Assembly (NCBI GenBank): GCA_033723415.1
Contig: JAWVXD010000006.1
Location: forward strand, 1-64,000
Length of the DNA: 64,000 nt
Direction of reading: 5' to 3'
DNA from: Sulfurospirillaceae bacterium
GTDB taxonomy: Bacteria; Campylobacterota; Campylobacteria; Campylobacterales; Sulfurospirillaceae
Part shown: positions 50,487-59,594 of the stretch, piece by piece
Layout: the number at the start of each line of letters is the position of its first letter
Numbering within the stretch: the first letter of the stretch is position 1
Program-made: the position numbers and the translations under genes
The notes under the pieces: model-generated
What the model was told of the DNA's origin: nothing
Seen by the model: only the letters and a program-made list of their open reading frames with translations
The model's database searches: none

Positions 50487-51346
50487 TGTTGTTGGAAGTA
50501 AAAAATTTAACTACAAAGTTCTACTCTGATCAAGATGTCAATACAGCAGTCGATGACGTCAGCTTTGAAATTGAAGAAGGCAAAACAGTCTGTATAGTAG
50601 GAGAAAGCGGAAGCGGTAAAAGTATCACTTCACTCTCTATACTTCGGCTTATAGACAAACCCGGACGGATAGAAGGCGGAGAGATTATCTTTAAAGGAGT
50701 GGATCTTTTAAAACAAGATATCAAAGATATGAGAAAAATAAGAGGTAAAGAGATCGCTATGATATTTCAGGAGCCTATGACTTCGCTCAATCCTTCTTAT
50801 ACGATCGGTTTTCAGATAGATGAATCCCTTAAACTGCACCAACAAAACCTGAATAAAAAACAGAGATATGAAAAAGTTATCGAAGCATTGGAGCTGGTAA
50901 GTATGCCAAATCCAAGAGATAAATATCACGAATATCCTTTTAAACTGAGCGGTGGACAAAGGCAAAGGGTTATGATAGCTATGGCTATGGCATGTGAACC
51001 TAGTCTGTTGATCGCCGATGAACCGACAACTGCACTTGATGTGACGATACAAGCTCAAGTCTTGGAGTTGATGAGAGAACTTCAAGAAAAAAAAGGTACT
51101 TCGATTCTTTTTATCACACATGATCTAGGGGTCGTGTATGAGATAGCAGATGTTGTCGTGGTCATGTACAAAGGTCATATAGTAGAGAAAGCCAGCGCAA
51201 AAGAGTTGTTCGCTAATCCAAAGCATCCGTATACAAAAGCTCTTTTAAACTCGATTCCAATCCCCGGCAAAGTAAAACGAAAATCTCATCTTGATACAGT
51301 AGATGATGATATTGATTATCTACAATTTCCAAAGGAGATAAGATGA
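50483..51346 (+). CDS. dppD: Dipeptide ABC transporter ATP-binding protein
   Basis: GESGSGKS, LSGGQRQR, ADEPTTALD and HPYT motifs. Confidence 0.92.
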   Translation: MMLLEVKNLTTKFYSDQDVNTAVDDVSFEIEEGKTVCIVGESGSGKSITSLSILRLIDKPGRIEGGEIIFKGVDLLKQDIKDMRKIRGKEIAMIFQEPMTSLNPSYTIGFQIDESLKLHQQNLNKKQRYEKVIEALELVSMPNPRDKYHEYPFKLSGGQRQRVMIAMAMACEPSLLIADEPTTALDVTIQAQVLELMRELQEKKGTSILFITHDLGVVYEIADVVVVMYKGHIVEKASAKELFANPKHPYTKALLNSIPIPGKVKRKSHLDTVDDDIDYLQFPKEIR

Positions 51347-52134
51347 GTGATATATTATTTGAAATAAAAAATCTAAAAAAGCATTATGAAATATCACAAG
51401 GGTTATTTAAAGCTCCGCATATAGTAAAAGCTGTAAACGATATCTCATTTAATGTAAAAAAAGGTGAAATATTAAGCATTGTCGGCGAGAGCGGGTGTGG
51501 AAAATCAACAACTGCAAAAATGCTCATGACCATAGAAAAGCCGACAGACGGTGCGATTATTTTTGAAGGTGCAGACATAACAAAATTTGGCAAAGAAGAG
51601 TTGAAGCAATATAGAAAAAAAGTTCAGATCATATTTCAAGATCCATATTCTTCTCTAAATCCAAGATGGAAGGTCGGCAAAATAATCGCGGAGCCTTTAA
51701 AGTTAAATACAGATTTTAGCGATAAAGAGATCAAAGAAAAAGTCTATGCTATCATGGATAAAGTCGGATTACAAAGAGATTGGTTTGAGCGATATCCGCA
51801 TCAGTTTTCCGGAGGACAGAGACAGAGAATCGGGATAGCAAGGGCTTTGATATTAAATCCTGAGATCATAATCTGTGATGAACCGGTAAGCGCACTCGAT
51901 GTTTCTATACAAGCTCAAGTGTTAAATCTTCTTCTTGATCTGCAAGAAGAATTCAACTTAACGTACGTTTTTATTTCTCATGACTTAAGTGTTGTTGAAC
52001 ATATTTCTGATAGAATAGTTGTTATGTACTATGGCGATATTGTTGAAGAAAAAAGTGTTGATGAGCTTTTTGCAAATCCACAGGCCGAGTATACAAAAAA
52101 ATTATTGAGTGCTATACCGAAGATAGGCGCTTAG
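51343..52134 (+). CDS. dppF: Dipeptide ABC transporter ATP-binding protein
   Basis: GESGCGKST, FSGGQRQR and DEPVSALD motifs. Confidence 0.92.
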   Translation: MSDILFEIKNLKKHYEISQGLFKAPHIVKAVNDISFNVKKGEILSIVGESGCGKSTTAKMLMTIEKPTDGAIIFEGADITKFGKEELKQYRKKVQIIFQDPYSSLNPRWKVGKIIAEPLKLNTDFSDKEIKEKVYAIMDKVGLQRDWFERYPHQFSGGQRQRIGIARALILNPEIIICDEPVSALDVSIQAQVLNLLLDLQEEFNLTYVFISHDLSVVEHISDRIVVMYYGDIVEEKSVDELFANPQAEYTKKLLSAIPKIGA

Positions 52135-52135
52135 G

Positions 52136-53080
52136 ATGGGAGACAAAATGGAAGGACAAAATTTAAAAGATAAATTTCTTGCATATGTATTCAATATGAA
52201 AGAGTGGGGTATATTCTTAAAAAGATTTTTTGCACTTTTTTTTGTTGCGATCATAGCACTTTTATTTTGGTATTTTCCGATTAGTCTTTTTGTTGCACCA
52301 TTTTACAGTGTAACAAATGATAAAGCACCTACGGTAAGAGAGTATAAAACACTTACAGGCAAATCTACGACTATAGCCTTAAGAGATGGTCTTCAAGAAC
52401 TTTTAGATGAAGGATTGGTGACAAATTTTATCGGTGTTAGAACTTGGATAGACAATAAGTACTATCAACAAGTAGGCGAAATAGAGATGTTTAGAATAGG
52501 CATAAATATATTAGAAAACAATCTGGCAAGAAATAGAGGTACAGGTGGTGCAAACCACTATATAGTCCAAGCAAGATCGGATATCTATGCTGATTTCAGA
52601 CAGCCTATCTTTACCAGTTACACCACAAGAGTCAAACAAGCGGTAAAAAACATCAACAAGTATCTTACTCAGCTAAAAGAAGATGATAAAAAAGACATGA
52701 GTGACAAGAGAGCCGTTTTTATAGTTAATTCCGACAATCTTGCTGCAGCATTGGATAAGCTAAAGCAACAATTACAGACAAATTTAATGACAAAAACCAC
52801 TTTTACTACGCAAGACGATAAATTTTATCGTATTAAAGGTAATCTTATCGCTATGTATTATATTCTCAAGGGTATAGATTACGATTTTAAAAATAAGATG
52901 ATCGATAAAACCTCGTACAATGAAAATTTTGTGCCGATAATGGAGCTTTTAAAGCAAGCGATTGCACAAAATCACCTTGTAATATTAGAATCTATGGGTC
53001 ATCTTTCAAAACTCGAAAAAGATGCCAATGTGATAGCGCAAAAACTAGCTGAACTTCGAGATAAACTAAGAAATGGATAA
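52136..53080 (+). CDS. DUF2333-like membrane-anchored protein
   Basis: N-terminal TM helix; WIDN..QQ.G, LARNRG, F..NSDNL and DDKFY.IKG..A...L....DF recall DUF2333. Confidence 0.65.
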   Translation: MGDKMEGQNLKDKFLAYVFNMKEWGIFLKRFFALFFVAIIALLFWYFPISLFVAPFYSVTNDKAPTVREYKTLTGKSTTIALRDGLQELLDEGLVTNFIGVRTWIDNKYYQQVGEIEMFRIGINILENNLARNRGTGGANHYIVQARSDIYADFRQPIFTSYTTRVKQAVKNINKYLTQLKEDDKKDMSDKRAVFIVNSDNLAAALDKLKQQLQTNLMTKTTFTTQDDKFYRIKGNLIAMYYILKGIDYDFKNKMIDKTSYNENFVPIMELLKQAIAQNHLVILESMGHLSKLEKDANVIAQKLAELRDKLRNG

Positions 53081-53090
53081 AAGGAATAAA

Positions 53091-53345
53091 ATGGAGATAT
53101 TAATCTCATATTGTACAGTTTGAAACTATTTACCAAAAGCTTCCCGTGTGGAAGAAGAGATAAAAGAGGTATTTAGTGATGCAGTCGTTACCAAAATAAA
53201 AGGTGACAGAGGAGCATTTGATATAAGTCTAGACGGGAAACTTATATTTTCCAAGTTATTAAAAGTTGGAACATATGTTGAGCGTTTCCCAAATCCTGGT
53301 GAGATAGTGTCATTGATCAAAAAGAATCTAGAACCTATATCATAA
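53091..53345 (+). CDS. SelW/SelT/SelH (Rdx family) selenoprotein, 84 aa, CxxU motif with TGA at 53121-53123
   Basis: AAGGA RBS (53081-85), ATG 53091: MEILISYCTV-U-NYLPKASRVEEEIK...GDRGAFDISLDGKLIFSK...RFPNPGEI. In frame with the truncated 53148 ORF; SECIS-like hairpin downstream of the TGA. Confidence 0.9.
53140..53154 (+). promoter_or_regulatory. Putative bacterial SECIS apical hairpin
   Basis: CTTCC-CGTGT-GGAAG stem-loop starting 16 nt after the UGA, with GU at loop positions 2-3. Confidence 0.6.
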
Positions 53346-53376
53346 ATAAAATGCAACTATACAATAAGGTATCAAG

Positions 53377-54912
53377 ATGCCCAATTATAAAGATCTAAAT
53401 GAGTTAAAAAGAGCACTGTGCAATCTATCCCTGCTTTATATTGAAGAAAATGATAATTTGCAAAATAAGATAGCTCCTTTTCTAGAAAAAAATTTTTCCG
53501 ATGTTTATTTAGCATCAGATTCAGATACAGGGATGGAGCTGTTTAACAAATACCATCCCTCTTTTGTGATTACTTGTATTGATCTCCCTAAGATCAATGG
53601 TCTGCAGCTGGCCAGAATGATGCGTGTCATAAATCCTAGAACAAAGATAATAATAACGTCATTGCAAGATGAAAAATCATATCTTCTAGAATCTATAAAT
53701 TTGCACATTGACGGTTATTTAATAAAACCTTTCAAACTCAGCAGTCTGTTGGAGTTGCTTTATTCTTTGGCCATCCAACATGCAAAAGAACATGATCAAG
53801 ACGAACTCAACAGATACATATATAAGATCTTCAATAAACAACAAAGTCTGATCATGTTGATAAGAGATGATCAAGTAGTACTAGCCAATGAAACACTTTT
53901 TGGCTTTATGGACATAAAACCCTCACAATCCCTGCAGGAGAAATTTAAAACACTTGATGAACTTTTTCTCCCTCATCCCACATTCTTATATCGTCAAAAA
54001 AATGAGGAAATCGGCTGTTTAGAGAAAATCAAACAAAATATGGATCAATTATACAATGTCAAACTCCTCGATCAAGAAAAAAAAGAACACCATTTTATTC
54101 TACGACTTACACAGATCAATGAAAAAGAGAGTCTCTATATCTTGTCATTGACAGATATCACCGAACTTAATCTATTAGGTCTGTATGATAAAAAAAACTT
54201 AGATAATGAGGAAGATCTTTCAAACGAACAAACTATCTTGCATCTTTTTAATGCAGCGAAAGAAGCTTCTGCGACGATTAGAATGTATAATTTTTACAAA
54301 GGTCTTATGATTTCCAATGATGCTATTATCACAGAAGCCGTGTTAAATGATTATGTTTTTAAAACTTCTATAAATCAGCAAAAAGCTGTAAAATTTGAAC
54401 AAAAGGTAGTCATACACTGTGAACTTTTTCCTTATGACATAGAATCAGCTGATATTAAATCCATCAATTTTACCAGGCAGACTGTAGAGATCGGAAAATG
54501 CAACATGCTAAAAAGCACTCCTACTGAAAGAAAATCTCTAGTATTAGAACCGGATGAAAAGCATAACGTATCTTTTGTTTTCAATGAATATATTTATGAT
54601 CATGGGATGAGAATAAAAGATATATCCAAAGAAGCTGTAAGGATCTATGTAGAACAACTTCCTCTAGAATTACAAGAAGGAGATGAGATATACATCAGTA
54701 TGTCTTTTCATGATGGTCCACAAACTAATACTATCAGAGTTAAGTCCTATGTTTTAAAGATTATCCCATATGACAAAATATTTTATATTGTTGCACGCTT
54801 TGCACCGACTCCTCCTGTTCAAAAGTCTATAGTAGACTATATGATATCACGTCAGATGACGCTTGTGCGTGAGTTTAAAAGTTTGCAAATCCAAATAAAA
54901 GAAGAGAACTAG
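53377..54912 (+). CDS. Response-regulator-like protein: atypical receiver domain plus C-terminal PilZ-like region
   Basis: LLYIEE...VITCIDLPKINGL...YLIKPF receiver fold; C-terminal ERKS...IKDISKE resembles PilZ RxxxR/DxSxxG. Confidence 0.7.
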   Translation: MPNYKDLNELKRALCNLSLLYIEENDNLQNKIAPFLEKNFSDVYLASDSDTGMELFNKYHPSFVITCIDLPKINGLQLARMMRVINPRTKIIITSLQDEKSYLLESINLHIDGYLIKPFKLSSLLELLYSLAIQHAKEHDQDELNRYIYKIFNKQQSLIMLIRDDQVVLANETLFGFMDIKPSQSLQEKFKTLDELFLPHPTFLYRQKNEEIGCLEKIKQNMDQLYNVKLLDQEKKEHHFILRLTQINEKESLYILSLTDITELNLLGLYDKKNLDNEEDLSNEQTILHLFNAAKEASATIRMYNFYKGLMISNDAIITEAVLNDYVFKTSINQQKAVKFEQKVVIHCELFPYDIESADIKSINFTRQTVEIGKCNMLKSTPTERKSLVLEPDEKHNVSFVFNEYIYDHGMRIKDISKEAVRIYVEQLPLELQEGDEIYISMSFHDGPQTNTIRVKSYVLKIIPYDKIFYIVARFAPTPPVQKSIVDYMISRQMTLVREFKSLQIQIKEEN

Positions 54913-54918
54913 TCTCTT

Positions 54919-56304
54919 CTATTCTTTTGGTCCTATCATATCTTCAGGTTTGATAATTGAATCAAATTCTTCTTCGCTGAGTAGTCCTGATTCAAGAGCA
55001 GATTCCCTTAGGCTTATTCCTTTTTTATGGGCATTCTTTGCTATTTTTGCGGCGTTCTCATAACCTATATGAGGATTAAGAGCAGTTACCAGCATCAATG
55101 AATTATGAAGATAATGATCCATCTTCTCTTTGATAGGTTCTAACCCGACTATACAATGATTATTAAATGACCTCATAACATCGCCAAGAAGTCTTACTGA
55201 TTGCAGGTAAGCATTTATCAGCACCGGTTTAAACACATTTAATTGAAAATTTCCTTGACTTGCAGCCATTGATATCGTCGTGTCATTTCCAAAGACCTGA
55301 CACACTACCATAGTCACAGCCTCTGCCTGAGTTGGATTGACTTTTCCGGGCATGATTGAGCTGCCAGGTTCATTTTCAGGGATTTTATACTCCCCGATGC
55401 CACATCTTGGTCCAGAACTGAGCCATCTCACGTCATTTGCTATTTTCATCAAATCTGCACTCAAAGCTTTTAGTGCACCGTGAGAAAATACTAATCCGTC
55501 ATGACTTGTCAAGGCATGAAATTTATTTGGTGCGGTAACGAACTCTTTTAGAGTAAAACTACTTATCTCTTCTGCAACCATTTGACCAAGAAGAGGATGC
55601 GCATTTAAGCCGGTACCGACTGCCGTTCCTCCAAGAGCCAATTCTCTGATCGGAGGCAGTGAGACTTGTATCATCTCTTCTGCTTTTTTCAACATCTCAG
55701 CCCAAGCGCTTATCTCTTGTCCTGCGCTTAGCGGTGTTGCATCTTGAAGATGCGTTCTTCCTATCTTGATAATATCTCTGTATTGATTTGATTTCTCTTC
55801 CAGTGTAGTTTTTAAAACTTTTAGATTAGGCAAAAGAGTATCTTCTATCTCTAAGACTGCAGCTATATGCATAGCCGTAGGAAAAGTATCATTTGAGCTT
55901 TGTGATTTATTTACATCATCATTTGGATGAACAAGTTTTGCTTTTCTAAAATCTCCACCCATCTTGTTTGTTGCAATATTTGCAACTACTTCGTTTACAT
56001 TCATATTTGTCTGAGTGCCGCTGCCTGTCTGCCAAATACTTAGTGGAAATTCTTTGTCATGTCTTCCTTCCAATATCTCATCACAAGCTAAAACGATAGC
56101 TCTGGTTTTTTCGTCACTCAGCTTATTTAATTTATTATTTACAATTGCAACGGATCTTTTTAGTATCGCAAAAGCTTGGATTATACTTTTTGGCATCTTT
56201 TCCGTGCCAATTTCAAAATTCATCAAACTTCTAGCACTTTGAGCACCCCAGAGGGCATCTTGTGGAACTTCAATTTCTCCCATAGTGTCTTTTTCTATTC
56301 TCAT
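54919..56304 (-). CDS. fumC: Class II fumarate hydratase
   Basis: MRIEKDTMG, QTGSGTQTNMN, GRTHLQDATP and GSSIMPGKVNP motifs. Confidence 0.96.
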   Translation of the reverse strand: MRIEKDTMGEIEVPQDALWGAQSARSLMNFEIGTEKMPKSIIQAFAILKRSVAIVNNKLNKLSDEKTRAIVLACDEILEGRHDKEFPLSIWQTGSGTQTNMNVNEVVANIATNKMGGDFRKAKLVHPNDDVNKSQSSNDTFPTAMHIAAVLEIEDTLLPNLKVLKTTLEEKSNQYRDIIKIGRTHLQDATPLSAGQEISAWAEMLKKAEEMIQVSLPPIRELALGGTAVGTGLNAHPLLGQMVAEEISSFTLKEFVTAPNKFHALTSHDGLVFSHGALKALSADLMKIANDVRWLSSGPRCGIGEYKIPENEPGSSIMPGKVNPTQAEAVTMVVCQVFGNDTTISMAASQGNFQLNVFKPVLINAYLQSVRLLGDVMRSFNNHCIVGLEPIKEKMDHYLHNSLMLVTALNPHIGYENAAKIAKNAHKKGISLRESALESGLLSEEEFDSIIKPEDMIGPKE

Positions 56305-56409
56305 TGTAATCTCCTTGAGTGAGAAAGTATACAAGTCGATTATATTAGAAAAATGTAAATTTTTATTAAATATCTATAAGGTATGAAAGATTTTGAGTTG
56401 AAAGTAGAT

Positions 56410-56440
56410 ATTAGCGCCAAGCTCAAAACTTGGCGCTAAT
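56410..56440 (-). terminator. Hairpin after the rhodanese gene
   Basis: ATTAGCGCCAAG-CTCAAAA-CTTGGCGCTAAT inverted repeat. Confidence 0.7.
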
Positions 56441-56444
56441 TGTT

Positions 56445-57341
56445 TTATTTTGCTACAGGAAGATTTGTTCTAGAATATTGATACATAGATCCGTCAAAAT
56501 CACCTACGTGTTTTACGCCTGCCAAAAACTTAGCTGCAAACCAAGTACCTGTTGCCAAGTGACCTGTGTTACAATATGTGATTATAGGCTTGTGTAAAGA
56601 AACACCTGCTTTTGTAAATATTGATTTAGCTTCTGCTGAGCTTACTAATTTATATAATTTACCTTCTTTTTTAGTAAAGTAATATGCTGAAACTCTTTTA
56701 GCACCTTCAATATGTCCGTGTCTAACTAATCTTTTGTCTTTGTCTTTTCCAACATAGTGAGCTTCTTCTCTAGCATCAACAAGCTGAGACTTTTTGTTTA
56801 TAAGCGCGCTTTTGATATCTACTAAGCTTTTTACGTCAGCTTCAGAAAAACTTTTAACTTTAAAATTACCTTTTTTAACTGCAGTTGCGACTTTTGAAAG
56901 CTTATTACCGCTTGCAACCCATGCTTCAATACCACCATCTAGTATTGCAACTTTTCTCATACCGTATACCCATGCTGTCCAAAAGCCTCTAGTCATGTCT
57001 GTATATTTTTGAGGTTTTAAAACATGAGAAACAAAAACTACAACACTGTGATTTGAAATTCCGGCATCACTGAATAATTGCTCTACTTCAGCAGGTGTGT
57101 CAAGAAGAGCTTTAATATCTCCTGAGTGACCTTTAAAGAAATTTTCTTTTGGCATATTCACTGCACCTGGGATATGTCCGGCAGCAAATTCTTTTGGGCT
57201 ACCTACATCAACGATAACTACATGCTTTGCATTCTTACTTAACCAACTAGCAGAAACTACATGGTTTGATGGTACGCTTAGTGCAAATGATGGTATTACC
57301 GTCATTGCAACAAAAACTAAAATTGAAAAAAACTTTTTCAT
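56445..57341 (-). CDS. Exported tandem-domain sulfurtransferase (rhodanese)
   Basis: Sec signal MKKFFSILVFVAMTVIPSFA; GHIPGA, LDGG, DAR..., GHIEGA, active-site YCNTGH and FDGS motifs. Confidence 0.9.
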   Translation of the reverse strand: MKKFFSILVFVAMTVIPSFALSVPSNHVVSASWLSKNAKHVVIVDVGSPKEFAAGHIPGAVNMPKENFFKGHSGDIKALLDTPAEVEQLFSDAGISNHSVVVFVSHVLKPQKYTDMTRGFWTAWVYGMRKVAILDGGIEAWVASGNKLSKVATAVKKGNFKVKSFSEADVKSLVDIKSALINKKSQLVDAREEAHYVGKDKDKRLVRHGHIEGAKRVSAYYFTKKEGKLYKLVSSAEAKSIFTKAGVSLHKPIITYCNTGHLATGTWFAAKFLAGVKHVGDFDGSMYQYSRTNLPVAK

Positions 57342-57476
57342 ATTTACTCCTTGGGATTTTATAAATTTATGTATTCACAAAATAAACCACATGAGAATGG
57401 TTTGTTTTGTGAATAATTACCGACGGATCTAATTATCCGCAACTTTTTCCATTATTAAACGATTTGTTTGTAAAAA

Positions 57477-57833
57477 TTAACAGCCCATTGAAGAACCCTG
57501 ATCACTAGGGGCTTCCGGTGCAGGCGCTGCAGGTGGTGGTGTAGTATCAGTAGCTTTTGTTGTATCTGCAGGTTTATATTTTGCTTCTATTGCATTATTA
57601 TAAGACGTAAATCCTTTGTCATTTGAGGGATCAGCACTTATAGCCAATTTTGCATATTTTAATGCACTATTTATGTCTCCGGCTTTTAGGGCAAGATCTG
57701 ATTTATTTACATATTCTAAAACTATTGTATTTTTCTTTGTCAGCATCTTCTCTCCATTGATAGATACTGTAAACGATAAGATAATTGCAGCAACTAGTAA
57801 TACTGTACTAACAATAACAGGGATGATTTTCAT
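57477..57833 (-). CDS. Small membrane-anchored protein: TM helix, TPR-like helices, Pro/Thr/Ala linker and C-terminal MGC
   Basis: MKIIPVIVSTVLLVAAIILSF...ALKAGDINSALKYAKLAISADPSN...TTPPPAAPAPEAPSDQGSSMGC*; starts 1 nt after the upstream yeeE stop, with GAAGGA RBS. Confidence 0.75.
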   Translation of the reverse strand: MKIIPVIVSTVLLVAAIILSFTVSINGEKMLTKKNTIVLEYVNKSDLALKAGDINSALKYAKLAISADPSNDKGFTSYNNAIEAKYKPADTTKATDTTPPPAAPAPEAPSDQGSSMGC

Positions 57834-57834
57834 A

Positions 57835-58431
57835 TTATTTTCCTTCATTTTTATTGACGATAGATTTCATATAGTTCATAAACACACCAAGACCTATGCC
57901 CATAATGATAGTTACAAGGTAAGATGTAGTATACATATTTCCCCCGATCAGGTTGTCTATCGTATATCTTCCAATGTATCCGGAATTTGCAAAACTTGAT
58001 ATTTTATCAAATTCAATAAAATATACATACATACCGCTAAGCATACCTAACATAAATACCGCAGCATCTATTTTACCAGATGCAAATCCGACAACTGCCG
58101 TACCTGGACACCAGCCGGCCATTGCCATGCCTGCTCCAAATATAATTCCGCCTACTAAATAAGGCCAAACATAAACTAGAGGTATAAACATTTTACTATA
58201 ATCTACCCATCCAAAATATGATGCGATAACAATCCAAGTTGCAGCAGTTATGATCGCTGATATCATAGTCTGGGAAACTCTGAGATCTTTAAAATGAAAT
58301 ATTGCAGCTATTACTTTTGAATTTCCAAAACCGACACGCTCTAAGATAAAACCAAAAAAGATACCTATGATCAAACCATACAATAAATTTGTATTTACGT
58401 CTATTGCTCCTGTCGTAAACAAAGGATACAT
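57835..58431 (-). CDS. YeeE/YedE sulfur transporter family, second half
   Basis: GIFFGFILERVGF and GGIIFGAGMAMAGWCPGT motifs; start moved to MYPLF (58431). Confidence 0.88.
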   Translation of the reverse strand: MYPLFTTGAIDVNTNLLYGLIIGIFFGFILERVGFGNSKVIAAIFHFKDLRVSQTMISAIITAATWIVIASYFGWVDYSKMFIPLVYVWPYLVGGIIFGAGMAMAGWCPGTAVVGFASGKIDAAVFMLGMLSGMYVYFIEFDKISSFANSGYIGRYTIDNLIGGNMYTTSYLVTIIMGIGLGVFMNYMKSIVNKNEGK

Positions 58432-58451
58432 GCTACTTGACCCCCACATAA

Positions 58452-58961
58452 TTATTGCCACTGCTTTTTGAAAAGTGGTGCAAGTAAAAATCCTGCTCCA
58501 AATGCTGCTATCATAAATATCCAAGCCCCAACTGAAAATGAAGCTGCGCCATCGAGTGCTTGACCGCTGGTACAACCTCTTGCAAGTCTAGTGGCAGGAG
58601 CTATCAAGAATCCTCCCAAAAATGCCCAGAACAGTCTCTTATATGCAGGATAATTGTCTCCACGCTCAATGCTTTGTTTAATTCTACCGGCCATTGCAGC
58701 ACTTAAGTATCCGCCTATGAATACTCCTACGACTTCTACAACTGTCCAGTTAGCCAATGCACTGCCATGTTTAAGATATGCTCCCGCATACCCATTTGCT
58801 GAAAAAGCGGCATCATATAAGTATGCAAGCTGTGCAGTTACTCTAGCAAATGCTCCACTTGCTCCAAGTCCTTGTCCAGCGACCATAAAACTTATAAACA
58901 ATAATGTTCCTAGGAGAAAACCCCCTATCATAGGATGCCAAAATTTTTTTTCTTCGTTCAT
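58452..58961 (-). CDS. YeeE/YedE sulfur transporter family, first half
   Basis: GLGASG, G..IGGYLSA and RLARGCTSGQ motifs. Confidence 0.88.
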   Translation of the reverse strand: MNEEKKFWHPMIGGFLLGTLLFISFMVAGQGLGASGAFARVTAQLAYLYDAAFSANGYAGAYLKHGSALANWTVVEVVGVFIGGYLSAAMAGRIKQSIERGDNYPAYKRLFWAFLGGFLIAPATRLARGCTSGQALDGAASFSVGAWIFMIAAFGAGFLLAPLFKKQWQ

Positions 58962-59434
58962 TTTAATAATTCCCTTTGATCTTTTAGAAAGTTATCTAAG
59001 ATTCCCTCAAATTTTTTCAAACTTTCAAATAAGTTTTTTAATTCATTTTCATCTTCTATAGCTGAGAGTATATCTTCGTGATATTTAATGTATTTGCCTT
59101 TAATATCTACAGCATAGTCTCTACCTAATTTCGTCAAGGTAACCTTTATAATCCTTCTGTCCTTACTTGAAATTTCTCTTTGGATATAACCTTTTGATTC
59201 CAAATGATTTAATAGATTTGTAATTCTTGAAGGTGTTAATTCCATATTGTCAGCGAGCTCTTTAACTTGCAAAAATGTAGTTTTAAGAAGATATCTTAGA
59301 CATCTAAATTGTATTGGACTAAGATTTATAGTAGCACAGAAAAATGCCTCTTTAGCACTACAAAGCTTTTGCATGTTAAAAGTGAGTTTGGAAATTTCGT
59401 CTGCATATTGTTCAAGGTTTTTGTCTGTAATCAT
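58958..59434 (-). CDS. MarR-family transcriptional regulator
   Basis: LSPIQFRCL, ELADNMELTPSRITNLLNHLESKGYI and DRR...LT..G; overlaps the yeeE start (ATGA). Confidence 0.9.
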   Translation of the reverse strand: MITDKNLEQYADEISKLTFNMQKLCSAKEAFFCATINLSPIQFRCLRYLLKTTFLQVKELADNMELTPSRITNLLNHLESKGYIQREISSKDRRIIKVTLTKLGRDYAVDIKGKYIKYHEDILSAIEDENELKNLFESLKKFEGILDNFLKDQRELLK

Positions 59435-59594
59435 TTATAGCCTCAATACTTTATATTATAAATAATCATACTATAATATATTTAAATATTCCTTTAAGAA
59501 ATAACAATTATGAAACTTTTAAAGTTAAGACGTTGCCGATTGTAGCTTTTGCTATTTAATAAAAAATTCATACTGAAAATAAGTCCTATCAGTG

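Noticed and set aside
57477..57482. Possible C-terminal GCU selenocysteine extension of the small Cys-arm protein
   Set aside because: The stop codon is TAA, not TGA.
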